Positions 30,217 through 43,230 of a stretch of 64,000 nt of DNA are shown piece after piece. The position numbers and the translations under genes were made by a program. The notes beneath the pieces were generated by a model. It did no database searches. It worked only from the letters and a program-made list of their open reading frames with translations, and was not told the origin of the DNA. The stretch comes from Candidatus Bathyarchaeota archaeon (GTDB lineage: Archaea; Thermoproteota; Bathyarchaeia; TCS64): assembly GCA_963771885.1 (NCBI GenBank), contig CAVYVF010000007.1, forward strand, positions 109,089 to 173,088, in the 5' to 3' direction. Numbering within the stretch: the stretch's first letter is position 1; each line of letters begins with the position of its first letter.

Positions 30217-32205
30217 GTGAGTATGAAGCTCAAGATACAGTTCATCGCTGGTATGGCGGTCTTCGGCACGATCGTGTTGATTGTTGCCGCCTCAGTGGCC
30301 TACACGAACAGCCAGATAGCACAGCTCAACGGGCAGGTTGAGATCGCGAGGAGGATCGAGCGGGGAACAGCGGATCTAAGCTACCTCTCAAACGACTACT
30401 TCCTCTACCAGGAGAGCCAACAGCTTGACCGCTGGCAGTCAAAGTTTATGACACTCAATAGCGACATCGCTAGTTTGGATCCGACGAGTGATAGGGGACT
30501 GACGCTAGCTGCAAATTTGGAGGAGGATATCCTGAGGCTGGAAACCGTCTTCGGCGATGTCGTAACGTATCTCGACAACGCGCCGAGAAACGTAAGTGTT
30601 AGAGTCGACCCAGAGTTCCAGGTAGCATGGAGGCGGATGGCGGTCCAGACCCAGACTCTGTCCTTCGACGCGTCACAGTTATCCCAGATTCTACTTTTAC
30701 AGGTCGACCAAGCACAACAAACCAACATACTCCTCATCCTCACGCTATTCGGCGTCTTCGGGGTCTACTTCCTCACAAACTACATGTTCATGTATCGTCG
30801 GACACTGCGATCAATCTCAGAGCTTCAGGCTGGGGTGGGCATAATCGGCTCCGGTAACTTCGACTACATCATTCCACCTAAATCCGATGACGAGATCGGG
30901 GAACTCTCTCAATCCTTCAACAAGATGACGACCAACCTTAAGCTTGTGACCGCCTCAAAAACCGAGCTGGAGAGGGAGGTCACTGTTAGAAAGAAGGCCG
31001 AGGAGCAGCTCCGTAAAAGCAACGATGAACTGGTCGTGAAAGAGGAAGCTCTCAGGGCGTCCTATGATGAGCTCTCCGCCATCAACGAGGAGCTCGCTGC
31101 TACCGAGGAGGAGCTGAGAACCGCTAACGAGCGGGTGCAGGAACATGCCGGCAAGCTTGAAGTGCTCGTTGAGGAGCGGACTGCGAAGCTCCATGAAAGT
31201 GAGGAGCGCCTACGAGGTTTCATGAACTCGGCGACTGAGGGATTCGCCATCTACGACGGGGCGATGAACCTCGTCGAGGTGAACAAGCTCGTCATCGACA
31301 GATTTCTACCCGGAACTCGTCGAGAGGATGTCATCGGAAGGAACATTAACGAGCTCTACCCTGGCATCGTGGAGACCGAGTGGTACAGCGTTTACCTAGA
31401 TGTGATTGAAACTAGTGAACCGAGGCGCATCGAGAGGATGATGGGCGCAGGGGCTCTCAGCGATAGGATACTGGAGGCTTCTGTTTTCAAGGTGGGCGAT
31501 GGTATCGGCGTCATTTCAAGAGACGTCACTGATGTAGTTAATCTTGAGGATCGGCTGAGGAAATCCGAGAGCATCGAGGCGGTCGGGAAGCTGACTGCGA
31601 TGCTCGCCCACGACCTCCGAAATCCGTTGAACTTCATAAGCCAGGCCTCTGAGCTGGCGAGGAATCAACCGGAGAAGGCTGACAGGATGCTCAAGCTCAT
31701 CGGTGAGAGCGCCGCTAGGTCGCTGAGTATGATTGAAAACCTGCGCGCCAGCACCAGGGAGATAAGCATTCAGAAGGTCAGTACCGACCTCGTCAAACTT
31801 ATTGAGAAGATTGTCGAGGAGACCCGCGTCCCAGAGAACATCCGCCTTGAGATACTCGTCGGCAAGGGGCTGGGGAGGGTCAACCTCGATGCTGGGTTAG
31901 TGAGGAGAGTGCTCGACAACCTCATCAGCAACGCCGTCGAGGTCATGCCAGATGGCGGCGTGATAAAAATAAGGGCATCCTCGGAGGGTGGAAGCGTACG
32001 GATCGACGTCGTCGACACGGGCGCGGGTATCACAGACGAGGCTATGCCCCACATCTTCGAGTCCTTTTACACGACGAAGGCGAAGGGGCTGGGTCTCGGC
32101 CTTCCCTTCAGCAGAAGGGCGGTGGAGGCACACGGGGGGACCCTGTCGTTCACCACGCGACATGAGGTGGGGACAACGTTCACTGTGGTCCTCCCGATGC
32201 GTTGA
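30217..32205 (+). CDS. Membrane sensor histidine kinase (TM-sensor-TM-HAMP-coil-PAS-HisKA-HATPase)
   Basis: DEIGELSQSFNKM, AHDLRNPL, NLISNA, DTGAGI, FYTTK, GLGLGL. Confidence 0.92.
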   Translation: MSMKLKIQFIAGMAVFGTIVLIVAASVAYTNSQIAQLNGQVEIARRIERGTADLSYLSNDYFLYQESQQLDRWQSKFMTLNSDIASLDPTSDRGLTLAANLEEDILRLETVFGDVVTYLDNAPRNVSVRVDPEFQVAWRRMAVQTQTLSFDASQLSQILLLQVDQAQQTNILLILTLFGVFGVYFLTNYMFMYRRTLRSISELQAGVGIIGSGNFDYIIPPKSDDEIGELSQSFNKMTTNLKLVTASKTELEREVTVRKKAEEQLRKSNDELVVKEEALRASYDELSAINEELAATEEELRTANERVQEHAGKLEVLVEERTAKLHESEERLRGFMNSATEGFAIYDGAMNLVEVNKLVIDRFLPGTRREDVIGRNINELYPGIVETEWYSVYLDVIETSEPRRIERMMGAGALSDRILEASVFKVGDGIGVISRDVTDVVNLEDRLRKSESIEAVGKLTAMLAHDLRNPLNFISQASELARNQPEKADRMLKLIGESAARSLSMIENLRASTREISIQKVSTDLVKLIEKIVEETRVPENIRLEILVGKGLGRVNLDAGLVRRVLDNLISNAVEVMPDGGVIKIRASSEGGSVRIDVVDTGAGITDEAMPHIFESFYTTKAKGLGLGLPFSRRAVEAHGGTLSFTTRHEVGTTFTVVLPMR

Positions 32206-32298
32206 CGAAGCGCGCGCGTGGAGACGGTTTAACTAGTGCGAATGCGTCGATGCGCGGTTTTAAAAGCATTATCCAGGTATCCTTTCAACGGTGCTGTT

Positions 32299-33141
32299 AT
32301 GCCGATAGTTTTACCGAAGGGAAAGAAGTGCGCCGTCGTCCTCAGCTGGGACTTTGATGCAATGTCAGCGTTCGTCCTACGCGGCGAGACGACTCCCACA
32401 TTGATAAGTCAGGGCGAGTTCGGCCCGAGGGTCGGCGTCCCGAGGGTGCTCGACCTCTGCGACAAGTACAACTTCAAGACTACCTTCTTCGTCCCCGCGT
32501 GGACCATTGAGGTCTACCCAGAGTTGACGAAGAAGATATTTGATAAGGGCCACGAGATCGGCCACCACATGTGGTGCCACGAGGACGCGCCGCAGCTCAG
32601 CTACGAGAAGGAGCTGGAGCTGATGGAGAAGGCGAACGAAGTGATAAAGAGGGTCACCGGCAAGTACCCCGTCGGTAACCGCAGCGGCGGCTTCGCCAAC
32701 AGCAATAATACGATAAAGCTGATGGAGGACCACGGTTTCCTCTACGACAGCACTCAGATGGGTGACGATTTCCACCCCTACAAGTGCAGGGTTGGTGACC
32801 ACGGCTCACCACAGGAGCCATGGGTCTTTGGCAAGCAGTCCAACATCATCGAGCTGCCAATCAGTTGGTACATGGACGACTATCCCCACTTCGAGTACCG
32901 CAGGGCTCCCCTTAACCCGGGTCTGCATTCTCCAAGCGATGTCTTCGAGGTTTGGAGCCAAGAGTTCGACTATATGTACGAAAACGAGGAGAACGGCGTC
33001 TACGTGCTGACGCTGCACCCCTATATCAGCGGCAGGGCTCACAGGATAATGATGATTGAAAGACTTATCCAGCACATGATGAGGAAGCCCGGTGTCTGGT
33101 TCACCCGCTGCGAGGACGTCGCCCGCTGCTGGAAGGATTAG
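32299..33141 (+). CDS. Polysaccharide deacetylase (PuuE/HpPgdA-like) family
   Basis: SWDFD, TTFFVP, HEIGHH..H, YDST, LHPYISGR. Confidence 0.85.
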   Translation: MPIVLPKGKKCAVVLSWDFDAMSAFVLRGETTPTLISQGEFGPRVGVPRVLDLCDKYNFKTTFFVPAWTIEVYPELTKKIFDKGHEIGHHMWCHEDAPQLSYEKELELMEKANEVIKRVTGKYPVGNRSGGFANSNNTIKLMEDHGFLYDSTQMGDDFHPYKCRVGDHGSPQEPWVFGKQSNIIELPISWYMDDYPHFEYRRAPLNPGLHSPSDVFEVWSQEFDYMYENEENGVYVLTLHPYISGRAHRIMMIERLIQHMMRKPGVWFTRCEDVARCWKD

Positions 33142-33209
33142 ACTCATCACGTGAATCGAGTTTTACTTGTTTTTTCGCAGCTCCTGAATCGGTTTAGCTG
33201 CTCTCTAGC

Positions 33210-33881
33210 TTACTGTAGCGGGATGAGTCTAATTGCCTTCGTCGGGCAGATGTCGACGCATAGGCCACAACCGAAGCAGATGTCCTTATTGAACTCGAGC
33301 TTGCCGTCGACGATCTTGCGAGCACCGAACTGGCACCGTGTAATACAAGCACCACAGTCGGTGCACGCCTCCGGGTTCGTTAGTGTTGTGGCTATTGACT
33401 TGACGAGGTGAGTGTTCTTACCAACTTTGAGGGTGGCGCCCCAGACGCTGCAGGCGCATGAGCAGCAATTGCATATGTAGTTGACTCCCTCGGGCTTCGG
33501 CGTGTCCGTCCTCGTGTAAGCCATTGGGACGAGGCCCGCCTCGTGTGCCATCTCAACGACCTTGATGGCCTGCTCCTTCGTTATCTCCCTCGCTTTGCCC
33601 CTGCTGATCTGGAGCTCCGCGGCGTCGTTTAGTTGGAGGCAGGTCTCCAGTGGGTGGTCGCACACCTTCCGCTTTGTCCTGCATACGCAGTCCTTGACCG
33701 AGATCCTCCTAGCCTTGTCTATGTAGCCCCTGACGCTGTCGAGGTTGAGTACCGTGTTGCTCAGCTTGATCTCCTCGAAGATAGGGAGGGCTATTCCCGC
33801 GGCTATGTTGTACGAGTCGGCTATCGCCGACTCTTGGTCGGCCTCGTCGAGGAACGGTGGGACGTGCTTCTTCTGCGGCAT
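33210..33881 (-). CDS. 4Fe-4S dicluster protein with Cys-rich domain
   Basis: CVCR..C..C, ICNCCSCAC, two CxxCxxCxxxC motifs. Confidence 0.82.
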   Translation of the reverse strand: MPQKKHVPPFLDEADQESAIADSYNIAAGIALPIFEEIKLSNTVLNLDSVRGYIDKARRISVKDCVCRTKRKVCDHPLETCLQLNDAAELQISRGKAREITKEQAIKVVEMAHEAGLVPMAYTRTDTPKPEGVNYICNCCSCACSVWGATLKVGKNTHLVKSIATTLTNPEACTDCGACITRCQFGARKIVDGKLEFNKDICFGCGLCVDICPTKAIRLIPLQ

Positions 33882-33990
33882 ACTGCTTCAACTACCCCGA
33901 AGATAGCAACTCACTTAACCGCGATGGTTAAAAAATTAACCATGGAGGCTTCGGACTCTTTTTACTCCGCGGTCCAATCCTTCTCAGGGT

Positions 33991-35232
33991 ATGAGGCTCG
34001 CGATAGTGGGCGCCGGCATCAGGGGGTGCAGCTCTGCCTACTTCGCTCACAGGCTCATGCCGTCGCTCGATATTACCATCTACGAGCGATCGGACCGGGT
34101 CGGCGGCCGCGTCTACGGTGTGAACATCGACGACGAGTGGGTCGAGGTGGGAGCCTCATTCTTCAAGGGCGGTCACAGGCTGCTCATCGGGCTCCTCACT
34201 GAACTCGGCATAAAGGTGAGCCCGGTCACCCGCCCAAGGTCGATCGGAGTCTGGGACGGCGAGAAATTCACACTCAAAATAGACAACTCAGTCGTAGCTG
34301 CCATACGTTTACTCACGCGTCACCCCTGCGACATCCTGAGGCTATATTTGATGCTCCGTGAGCTGGGTAGTAGAAACCGAGCCCTCTACAGCGAAGTGGA
34401 GAGCCACCCTAGGGAGTGGGACGAGCTCTACGCAACCGCAGGGATCAACGAGTGGCTTGAAAAGACGTTGGAGGAGACACTGCTCGAACGAGGAATCCAC
34501 CCACGTTTCATCCATGACGTGGTGGAGCCGGTAATCCGCGTCATCTACAATCAGGCGAGCTCGATGAACGCCTACGCTGGGCTCTTCACGGTGGACATCT
34601 TGAATGGACGGACATACAAGGTCGTCTCCGGCAACGAGGTCATCCCACGGAGGCTTGCAGAGGTTTCGGGTGCCACAGTGAGGCTGGGCACAGAGGTCAA
34701 AGGCATCACAAAGGGTAACGATGGTAAATACGCAGTCTCTGGAGAGGGCTTCTCAGACGAGTACGACGCGGTCATCATAGCAAATCCCGACGCCTGCCAT
34801 CTGATACCTGGATGCCTACCTGTGAAGTATCAGCGTGTATACGTACGGATCATACGTGGCACGTTGAGGGATTCTTATTTCAAACTCCGCTCCGGGCAAA
34901 ATCTCCCTGAAACCATTGCGTCGACCCGTGAGGTCCCCTGGACCCACATCATTAAGCTCCCATCTGCAGAGGTCAAGTCTTTATACAGTATCGCCTCCCC
35001 GACTCCTATAGACTACCTCGAAGACATCTTCGCTGAGCACGAGGTGGTCTTCGAGCACGACTGGGAAAAGGCATATCCCGTCCTTGAGCCTGTAAGGGAG
35101 TTGCCCAGATGCAATGTTGGGCGTCTCCTCTACTACCCGAGCTACTCCGAGTCCGCCGTATCTGCAATGGAGTCGTCGGTTCTCTCCGCCCTCAACTGCG
35201 TGAACAAGCTGAAACGCGACTTGGAACGCTGA
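33991..35232 (+). CDS. FAD-dependent oxidoreductase, prenylcysteine oxidase/lyase-like
   Basis: GAGIRG, VGGR, EVGAS, RVIYNQ, MNAYAG, SGN, W.KAYP, LYY...ESAVSAMESS.LSA.N. Confidence 0.72.
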   Translation: MRLAIVGAGIRGCSSAYFAHRLMPSLDITIYERSDRVGGRVYGVNIDDEWVEVGASFFKGGHRLLIGLLTELGIKVSPVTRPRSIGVWDGEKFTLKIDNSVVAAIRLLTRHPCDILRLYLMLRELGSRNRALYSEVESHPREWDELYATAGINEWLEKTLEETLLERGIHPRFIHDVVEPVIRVIYNQASSMNAYAGLFTVDILNGRTYKVVSGNEVIPRRLAEVSGATVRLGTEVKGITKGNDGKYAVSGEGFSDEYDAVIIANPDACHLIPGCLPVKYQRVYVRIIRGTLRDSYFKLRSGQNLPETIASTREVPWTHIIKLPSAEVKSLYSIASPTPIDYLEDIFAEHEVVFEHDWEKAYPVLEPVRELPRCNVGRLLYYPSYSESAVSAMESSVLSALNCVNKLKRDLER

Positions 35233-35284
35233 TGTTTTTAACGCATTGGCGGCTCAGTGAAGTGGAGCAATCGGAGGAGTCTGA

Positions 35285-36269
35285 GTGAAGGTCATCGACG
35301 TCCATAACCACATCAACCCACGGCCCTTCCTCGATGCCGTGAAGGCCGGCCGCAGCTGGCACGGCTTCACAGCCAAGCAGGGTGAGCTAGAGAACCCGAG
35401 GAACAGCTGGGACTCTCGAGGAACGCATCAGAGAGATGGATGAACTCGGCGTGGGAATGCAGGTGCTCACCGTCTACGGCGACTTCAACAAGTATGATCT
35501 CGCGCCTGCCAAGGCGAAAGCGGTCTTCGAGGCATGCAACGATGAGGTGGCGGCGATGGTCGACGACCACTCAGACCGTTTCGTGGGGATGGGTATACTC
35601 CCTATGCAGGACCCTGATGCCGCCGTGGTTGAACTCGAGCGCGTCGTCAAGAACCTCGGCTTCAAGGGCGTGACGATAAAAGACCACATACTCGGGCACA
35701 CTCTCGATGAGCCACAGTTCATCCCCTTCTGGGAGACGGCCGAGCGGCTCGGCGCCGTCGTCGAGTTCCACCAGGGTAGCACAATCGTCTTCGAGCGGAT
35801 CCCACGCTACTTCCTCGAGAACACCGTTGGCAACCTCGTCGAGAGGACGCTCACGTACGGCGCACTCGTGCAGGGAGGCGTAATGGACCGCTTCCCCGAG
35901 CTGAAGGTCTGCCTCCTCCACGGAGGCGGCTACGTCGCCTTCGCCATAGCCCGCATGGACAAGGGCTGGGAGGCGGCAAAGCTCGACTACATGGTCAAAT
36001 ACTCTGCCGAAGAGAGCCGCCAATCCCTCCCGAAGCCCCCTAGCAGTTATGTTGGACGCTTCTACTACGACTGCGCCACCTTCAGCGAACCTACACTCCG
36101 CTTCCTGATAGACGCCGTGGGAATAGATAGAGTCGTCTTCGGCACCGACTATCCTTGCCCAATGGAGATGATAGACTCCGTCAACTGGATCAACGGCTTA
36201 AAGAGCCTCACGGAGTCAGAGAAAAAAGCGATTCTCGTGGATAACCCCGCCAAAATGCTAAGCATGTAA
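35285..36269 (+). CDS. Amidohydrolase_2 (ACMSD-like decarboxylase/hydrolase); frameshift near 35410
   Basis: GTG 35285 gives IDVHNH; an extra G in TGGGACT joins it to the 35436 ORF (HGGG, FGTDYP). Confidence 0.83.
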
Positions 36270-36387
36270 CTCGTCAATCATAGCCAACCTTCTTTCTTCA
36301 CAAGCCTTTAACAAGATCTTATCTTGGTTGATGCTTAGCCTCAACCAATCTGGACCATTATCTTATCCTATACGGGCCTTACATTAA

Positions 36388-36687
36388 ATGATCAATATGT
36401 TGTACCTTCTATTCTGGGAGCAGAAGGAGATGCCCCCGGGTGAACGCGAAAAATTCTCCCAAAAAGCCAGAGAGGAACGTGGAAAAGAAGAGAAATATGG
36501 TAAAGAGATCCTACCTCCACACTTCTACGAAACTGGAAAAGGCATCACAATTATAGAAATAGATGAACCTAAGCAACTAGCGAATAGAATGGCCCTAATA
36601 GCGCCGTATACGACCATCAAGGCTCTTCCCCTCATCAGGACAACGACTTTCAGCGAATCCGTAAAAGAAATCCATCACATGAAATAA
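36388..36687 (+). CDS. Hypothetical protein (DUF3303-like)
   Basis: 99 aa; GKGITIIE pattern. Confidence 0.5.
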   Translation: MINMLYLLFWEQKEMPPGEREKFSQKAREERGKEEKYGKEILPPHFYETGKGITIIEIDEPKQLANRMALIAPYTTIKALPLIRTTTFSESVKEIHHMK

Positions 36688-36848
36688 CTATTCCCCTGTG
36701 CCTGATCGATTTTACCCGAGTTAATAGAAATATTAGATAACATATTGGTAGACCGTTAACGACGCCGTAGTTGCCACTTCTGTCCGAAATATCGGGTGTT
36801 AATAAAAATCATATTATTTATGTACAATTTCACTAGTGCACACATAGT

Positions 36849-36864
36849 TAAATAATATTATTTA
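36849..36864. promoter_or_regulatory. Perfect 16 bp palindrome upstream of katG (candidate operator)
   Basis: TAAATAATATTATTTA, 38 nt before the ATG. Confidence 0.4.
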
Positions 36865-36895
36865 CAATTAAAATGTGAACTCTTGTTTAATGTGA

Positions 36896-39079
<2,184 letters not shown>

Positions 39080-39186
39080 TCATAAGCGCATAAAACTCCC
39101 TCCTCTTTGATCTGTGCGCTAAAATGAACACCTTCAAATTATTTGCTCAACTACAATTATCGTGATTAGGCAGAGGAGAATTCTCA

Positions 39187-40188
39187 GTGTCGTCCATGGG
39201 CATTTTTAACGGCTTCGTGCTTGACGGGTTGATACTACTAGGCGCTCTTCTAGTCCTCAACAAGGCGAGTGGCTGGGCGATCGAAAACGTTGTCAAGGTC
39301 GCTGATATTAGTGGATTCGGAAAAACCACCGTTGGCTTCCTAATTATTGGCCTCTCAACTAGTCTACCCGAGTTGAGTGTGGCCTTCTTCTCCGTCGGCG
39401 ACCCAGAAGCGGTTGGAATATCGATCGGGAACATACTAGGCTCAAACATTGTGAACGTCTGCCTGATCCTCGGCGTCTGCATCCTCTATGCTACTTTTAA
39501 GCATAAACAGTGCATTCAGTTCCTGCCTTTACTTACAGGAGACGAGTTGAAGGACCTCCTATTTGGCCTCTTTATGGCGTCTGTGATACCTCTCGTTCTT
39601 ATCTACATTGGGTATGCTAGCAGGATCGTAGGTATCGGGCTTCTACTGTTCTTTGCCTGGAATACTTACAAGATGATTAGGAAGAAAACAGTCGTCGAGG
39701 AAGCAGGACAAGGCCCCGAGAAGACCAAGCTTCCACGATATCTGGCGTTAACACTTATTGGGCTGATTGGAGTGGTAGGTTCTAGTTACTTCATCGTTGA
39801 ATCGGCGACAAACATCGCCGTTGGGATCGGTTTATCGAAGTTGGTCATTGGCGCTACGGTTATTGCGATTGGCACTAGTCTTCCTGAACTAGCAACGAGT
39901 TTAATCGCCACGAAGCACGACGAGATTAACATTGCCCTTTCGAATATCATTGGGAGTGGGATTATCAACCTCACACTTATCCTAGGTGCAACTTTGGCTC
40001 TCACGGAATTTACGGTAAATATTTCAACCTATACTGAACTTGTGGTCTTTAGTCTCATCGCCAACATGTTTCTCTGGTATAGTCTTAGCGGAGATAGGAT
40101 TTGCGAGAGGGAAGGCTACGTGCTCGTTGCTCTTTACGCAATTTTCTTGTTTGTTACACTGAGTGGCTATCGTAGTATCGTAATATAA
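39187..40188 (+). CDS. Na+/Ca2+ antiporter (CaCA/YrbG family)
   Basis: Two alpha repeats: TSLPE...GNILGSN and GTSLPE...NIIGS. Confidence 0.9.
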   Translation: MSSMGIFNGFVLDGLILLGALLVLNKASGWAIENVVKVADISGFGKTTVGFLIIGLSTSLPELSVAFFSVGDPEAVGISIGNILGSNIVNVCLILGVCILYATFKHKQCIQFLPLLTGDELKDLLFGLFMASVIPLVLIYIGYASRIVGIGLLLFFAWNTYKMIRKKTVVEEAGQGPEKTKLPRYLALTLIGLIGVVGSSYFIVESATNIAVGIGLSKLVIGATVIAIGTSLPELATSLIATKHDEINIALSNIIGSGIINLTLILGATLALTEFTVNISTYTELVVFSLIANMFLWYSLSGDRICEREGYVLVALYAIFLFVTLSGYRSIVI

Positions 40189-40339
40189 TATGCAATATGA
40201 GTAATAGCAAAGATCTAAAATTTGCAGAATTTATTTGAAGCGTGTGCGATTTGGAGGTGCGACGGCACGGCCACTCTAGTCGACTGCTGAACCGCACGCG
40301 CATTGCTAAAACCATCAATATTGAACAGATGCCTTTTTT

Positions 40340-41536
40340 TCAGCTGTAAAGATCGCTGATCCGCTTATTCTCTCCAAATACCTGATGCACTTTTTTGAGC
40401 TCCGTAGGTATCTGGATACGCTGGGGGCACTTCTCCAGACACTTGCCACAATTTACGCATGTTGAGGCGTTACCATTAGACTTCACAGCATCAATATTCT
40501 TAGCAGACTTTTCCATTTCCCCATATCTCCTCTTCACCATCATGCGTCGAAGCCAGCTGCTCTCAGTCGACATATTATTAAGCAACGCGAAGTTGCCGGG
40601 AATATTCACACCCACCGGACAAGGCATACAGTAATTGCATGCAGTGCAGGGAACAAGTATCTTCTCACGATAAATATCAGCAACCTTAGAGATTACTTTC
40701 TGGTCATCATCGCTTAGGGTATTGATCCCAGACCTGTCGGCGCTTGCACAGTTCTCCTCGACCATACTCATAGATCCCATGCCACTCAGTACAGTGGAAA
40801 CCTCCGGACGATTCCAAAGGAACTGGAAGGCCCAGTCGACGGGAGATCTCTTAGTCCCCGAAGCATTCATGATCTCCAAGGCCTCCTTTGGCGGATTCGC
40901 GAGTCGTCCCCCTTTCAGGGGCTCCATCACCACGACGGCTACTCCCTTGCTGTGAGCATACTTGAGCCCCTCAGTAGTCGCTTGAACCCCTGTATCCATG
41001 TAGTTATACTGAATTTGCGCCATATCCCATTGATAATAGTCGATGACCTCCTTGAATACGGGGAGATTATCATGAAAGCTGAAACCAATGTGATGAATCA
41101 GACCCTTCTCCTTCGCCTCTTTCATCTTATCCAATAAACCGAGTTTCTTTACCTTCTCAAAGCTACCCTTCTCCAGGTTATGGAACATGTAGAAGTCGAT
41201 GTATTCGGTCTGAAGCCTCTCTAGGCTATTCTTCAGATAATGGTCAAAGTCCCCGCTGTTTCGAACCAGAAAGGTCGGGAGTTTGGTGGCGATCTTAACC
41301 CGATCCCTATACCCATCCTTCAACGCGAGCCCAATTACCTTCTCACTGTCGCCGAGATGATACACATAGGCCGAGTCAAGATAATTAATGCCGAGATCTA
41401 TTCCGCGTCGTATTATTTTCACGGATTCATCCGTCTTCGCTCTCAGCCGATTGATCCTCCTAGGGGGGAGCCTCATACAACCAAAGCCCAGAGCAGATAC
41501 CTCCCAACCTAAGGAGCCCATCTTTCGAAACTTCAT
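40340..41536 (-). CDS. Aldo/keto reductase with C-terminal 4Fe-4S domain
   Basis: LGFGCMRLP, GINYLDSA..Y, IATK, GFSFH, CTACNYCMPC, CVNCGKC...C. Confidence 0.9.
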   Translation of the reverse strand: MKFRKMGSLGWEVSALGFGCMRLPPRRINRLRAKTDESVKIIRRGIDLGINYLDSAYVYHLGDSEKVIGLALKDGYRDRVKIATKLPTFLVRNSGDFDHYLKNSLERLQTEYIDFYMFHNLEKGSFEKVKKLGLLDKMKEAKEKGLIHHIGFSFHDNLPVFKEVIDYYQWDMAQIQYNYMDTGVQATTEGLKYAHSKGVAVVVMEPLKGGRLANPPKEALEIMNASGTKRSPVDWAFQFLWNRPEVSTVLSGMGSMSMVEENCASADRSGINTLSDDDQKVISKVADIYREKILVPCTACNYCMPCPVGVNIPGNFALLNNMSTESSWLRRMMVKRRYGEMEKSAKNIDAVKSNGNASTCVNCGKCLEKCPQRIQIPTELKKVHQVFGENKRISDLYS

Positions 41537-41640
41537 TGCAGACTCCTTTCCGGTCGAAGAATAAAACCCATTACTTTTGTAATCGTTACAGTACGATGCA
41601 CGCGCATACAATAAGTGGATAGAAAGATATGTGTCCAGAG

Positions 41641-42027
41641 TTATTTCCCGTAGGGTTTCGTTAACCATTGGAGTATCTCAAGAGTATAGCCTTCAGTGTC
41701 TTTGAATAGCATCGTCTTCATATGTAGATAATTGACCTGCTTTGGGGGTAGCTCAATAGCAACTCCGGCAGCCACCAGTTTTCGATGCCATGCCTCGACA
41801 TCGTCTGTGAACCAGGTAAGCATAACTGGTTTGTTCTCAGCGGTTTGGAGGTGCCCCTTCTCGGAGTCGACTATTCCTACGAGGATGTTATCTGTTACTC
41901 TAAAGGCCTTGGCGAATCCAACATCTATGACCTTCTCGAACCCTAGTGTGTCATGATAGAAGGCTTCTGCGCGGCCTATGTCTTTGTAATAGAAGAACGT
42001 GATCGTACCGTAAATCGGGGGATTCAT
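41641..42027 (-). CDS. VOC/glyoxalase family protein
   Basis: FY.DTLGF, FKDTEGY.LEI. Confidence 0.82.
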   Translation of the reverse strand: MNPPIYGTITFFYYKDIGRAEAFYHDTLGFEKVIDVGFAKAFRVTDNILVGIVDSEKGHLQTAENKPVMLTWFTDDVEAWHRKLVAAGVAIELPPKQVNYLHMKTMLFKDTEGYTLEILQWLTKPYGK

Positions 42028-42297
42028 TGAACTTTGTTAAGCTGTTACTAGTTATGAGGTTTAGGTTCAGGCGCTCGACGATGATAGAAATCTAAGACAT
42101 TCAAAGTTAGTCTAGATTCGGGACAGCGTCTACGATGGGTGTGCCATTATCATATTCGTAGACAGAGTACTACTGCATCGTGCATGCCGACGCCAGCATC
42201 CCCGATTACCCCCACTCGCCTGCTCGGGTGCTCGCCTTGTTTTTCCCCTCGGGAAATAGTTGTAAATTATTAAGCGATGCTGATTTGGGAGCCGTTT

Positions 42298-43230
42298 CTA
42301 CTCCATGTACAGCCGTTTCGCGTTCTCCCAGTACAACTTTTTGAGAATGGATTGAGGCAGATTAAGGCCATTAATCACCGTTCCCCCCGTGTCCTTGGTA
42401 TCTGCATCGGGGAAGGGCAGCGGAGTATCTCGTTCACTGGTTTCCCAGAGAATTCGCTGCGCAACGTATCTGCCTGAAAAGTAATCCCGGTCTTTTTCAC
42501 TGGAGGAGACGTCGGTTCCGAATAGAACCCTATCCGAGTACTTCAGCATGAATTCTCGTGCTTTCTCCGTGTCTTTACTAAGCTCGCGGGCCATCCACCT
42601 CGATGAAGCGGTGTCTACTACGAAGTTGGGGTACTCGTCCATCCACCTCGTTAACTCAGGTAATCTTTGTATCTCTGGCTGTGCCCCGAGATGAGGGATC
42701 TGGAATTTTAGCTTAGAATGTCTAGATAATAGATCCTCTAACTCTCTTAGGTGCGCCTCCTTTGTTCCATACTTCTCCGAATTATTGTATTGAGACGCAT
42801 AGTAGGTGTCAGGATCACCGATGTGGATGATGAGTGGGATTTCGTTGTCCTCTAAGGCTTGAAAGATTGGCTCTAGTCTGCGGTTACTAATCTGGAAATC
42901 CTTCGGAACCGTAATCCAGTCACGCCAGCGGGGTCCAAACCAAGTCTTAGCGAGAGCGTATCCTTGGTCCCTGATTTTTGATATCTCATTAAGGACAGCT
43001 TCGACATTGTACTGAGCTATGTCTTTCAGTGAGAGGTACTTTGCGAAGATGAATCGATTAGGATATTTTTCCTTGGCGGCTTGAAATCCTTCTTCGTTAT
43101 GGACGATCCCTATCTGTTTCGAGACCCCGAAGTCATCTTCGATTTCTATCATCCGGGATATGTCATCAATTTTTCCGATGTGTGTATGTGAATCTATTAT
43201 TGGGCCAGTGTACTTCCAGGAATTTCTCAA
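42298..43230 (-). CDS. Amidohydrolase family protein
   Basis: IDSHTH, IHIGD, PHLG, RVLFGTD, YWENA. Confidence 0.85.
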   Translation of the reverse strand: MRNSWKYTGPIIDSHTHIGKIDDISRMIEIEDDFGVSKQIGIVHNEEGFQAAKEKYPNRFIFAKYLSLKDIAQYNVEAVLNEISKIRDQGYALAKTWFGPRWRDWITVPKDFQISNRRLEPIFQALEDNEIPLIIHIGDPDTYYASQYNNSEKYGTKEAHLRELEDLLSRHSKLKFQIPHLGAQPEIQRLPELTRWMDEYPNFVVDTASSRWMARELSKDTEKAREFMLKYSDRVLFGTDVSSSEKDRDYFSGRYVAQRILWETSERDTPLPFPDADTKDTGGTVINGLNLPQSILKKLYWENAKRLYME

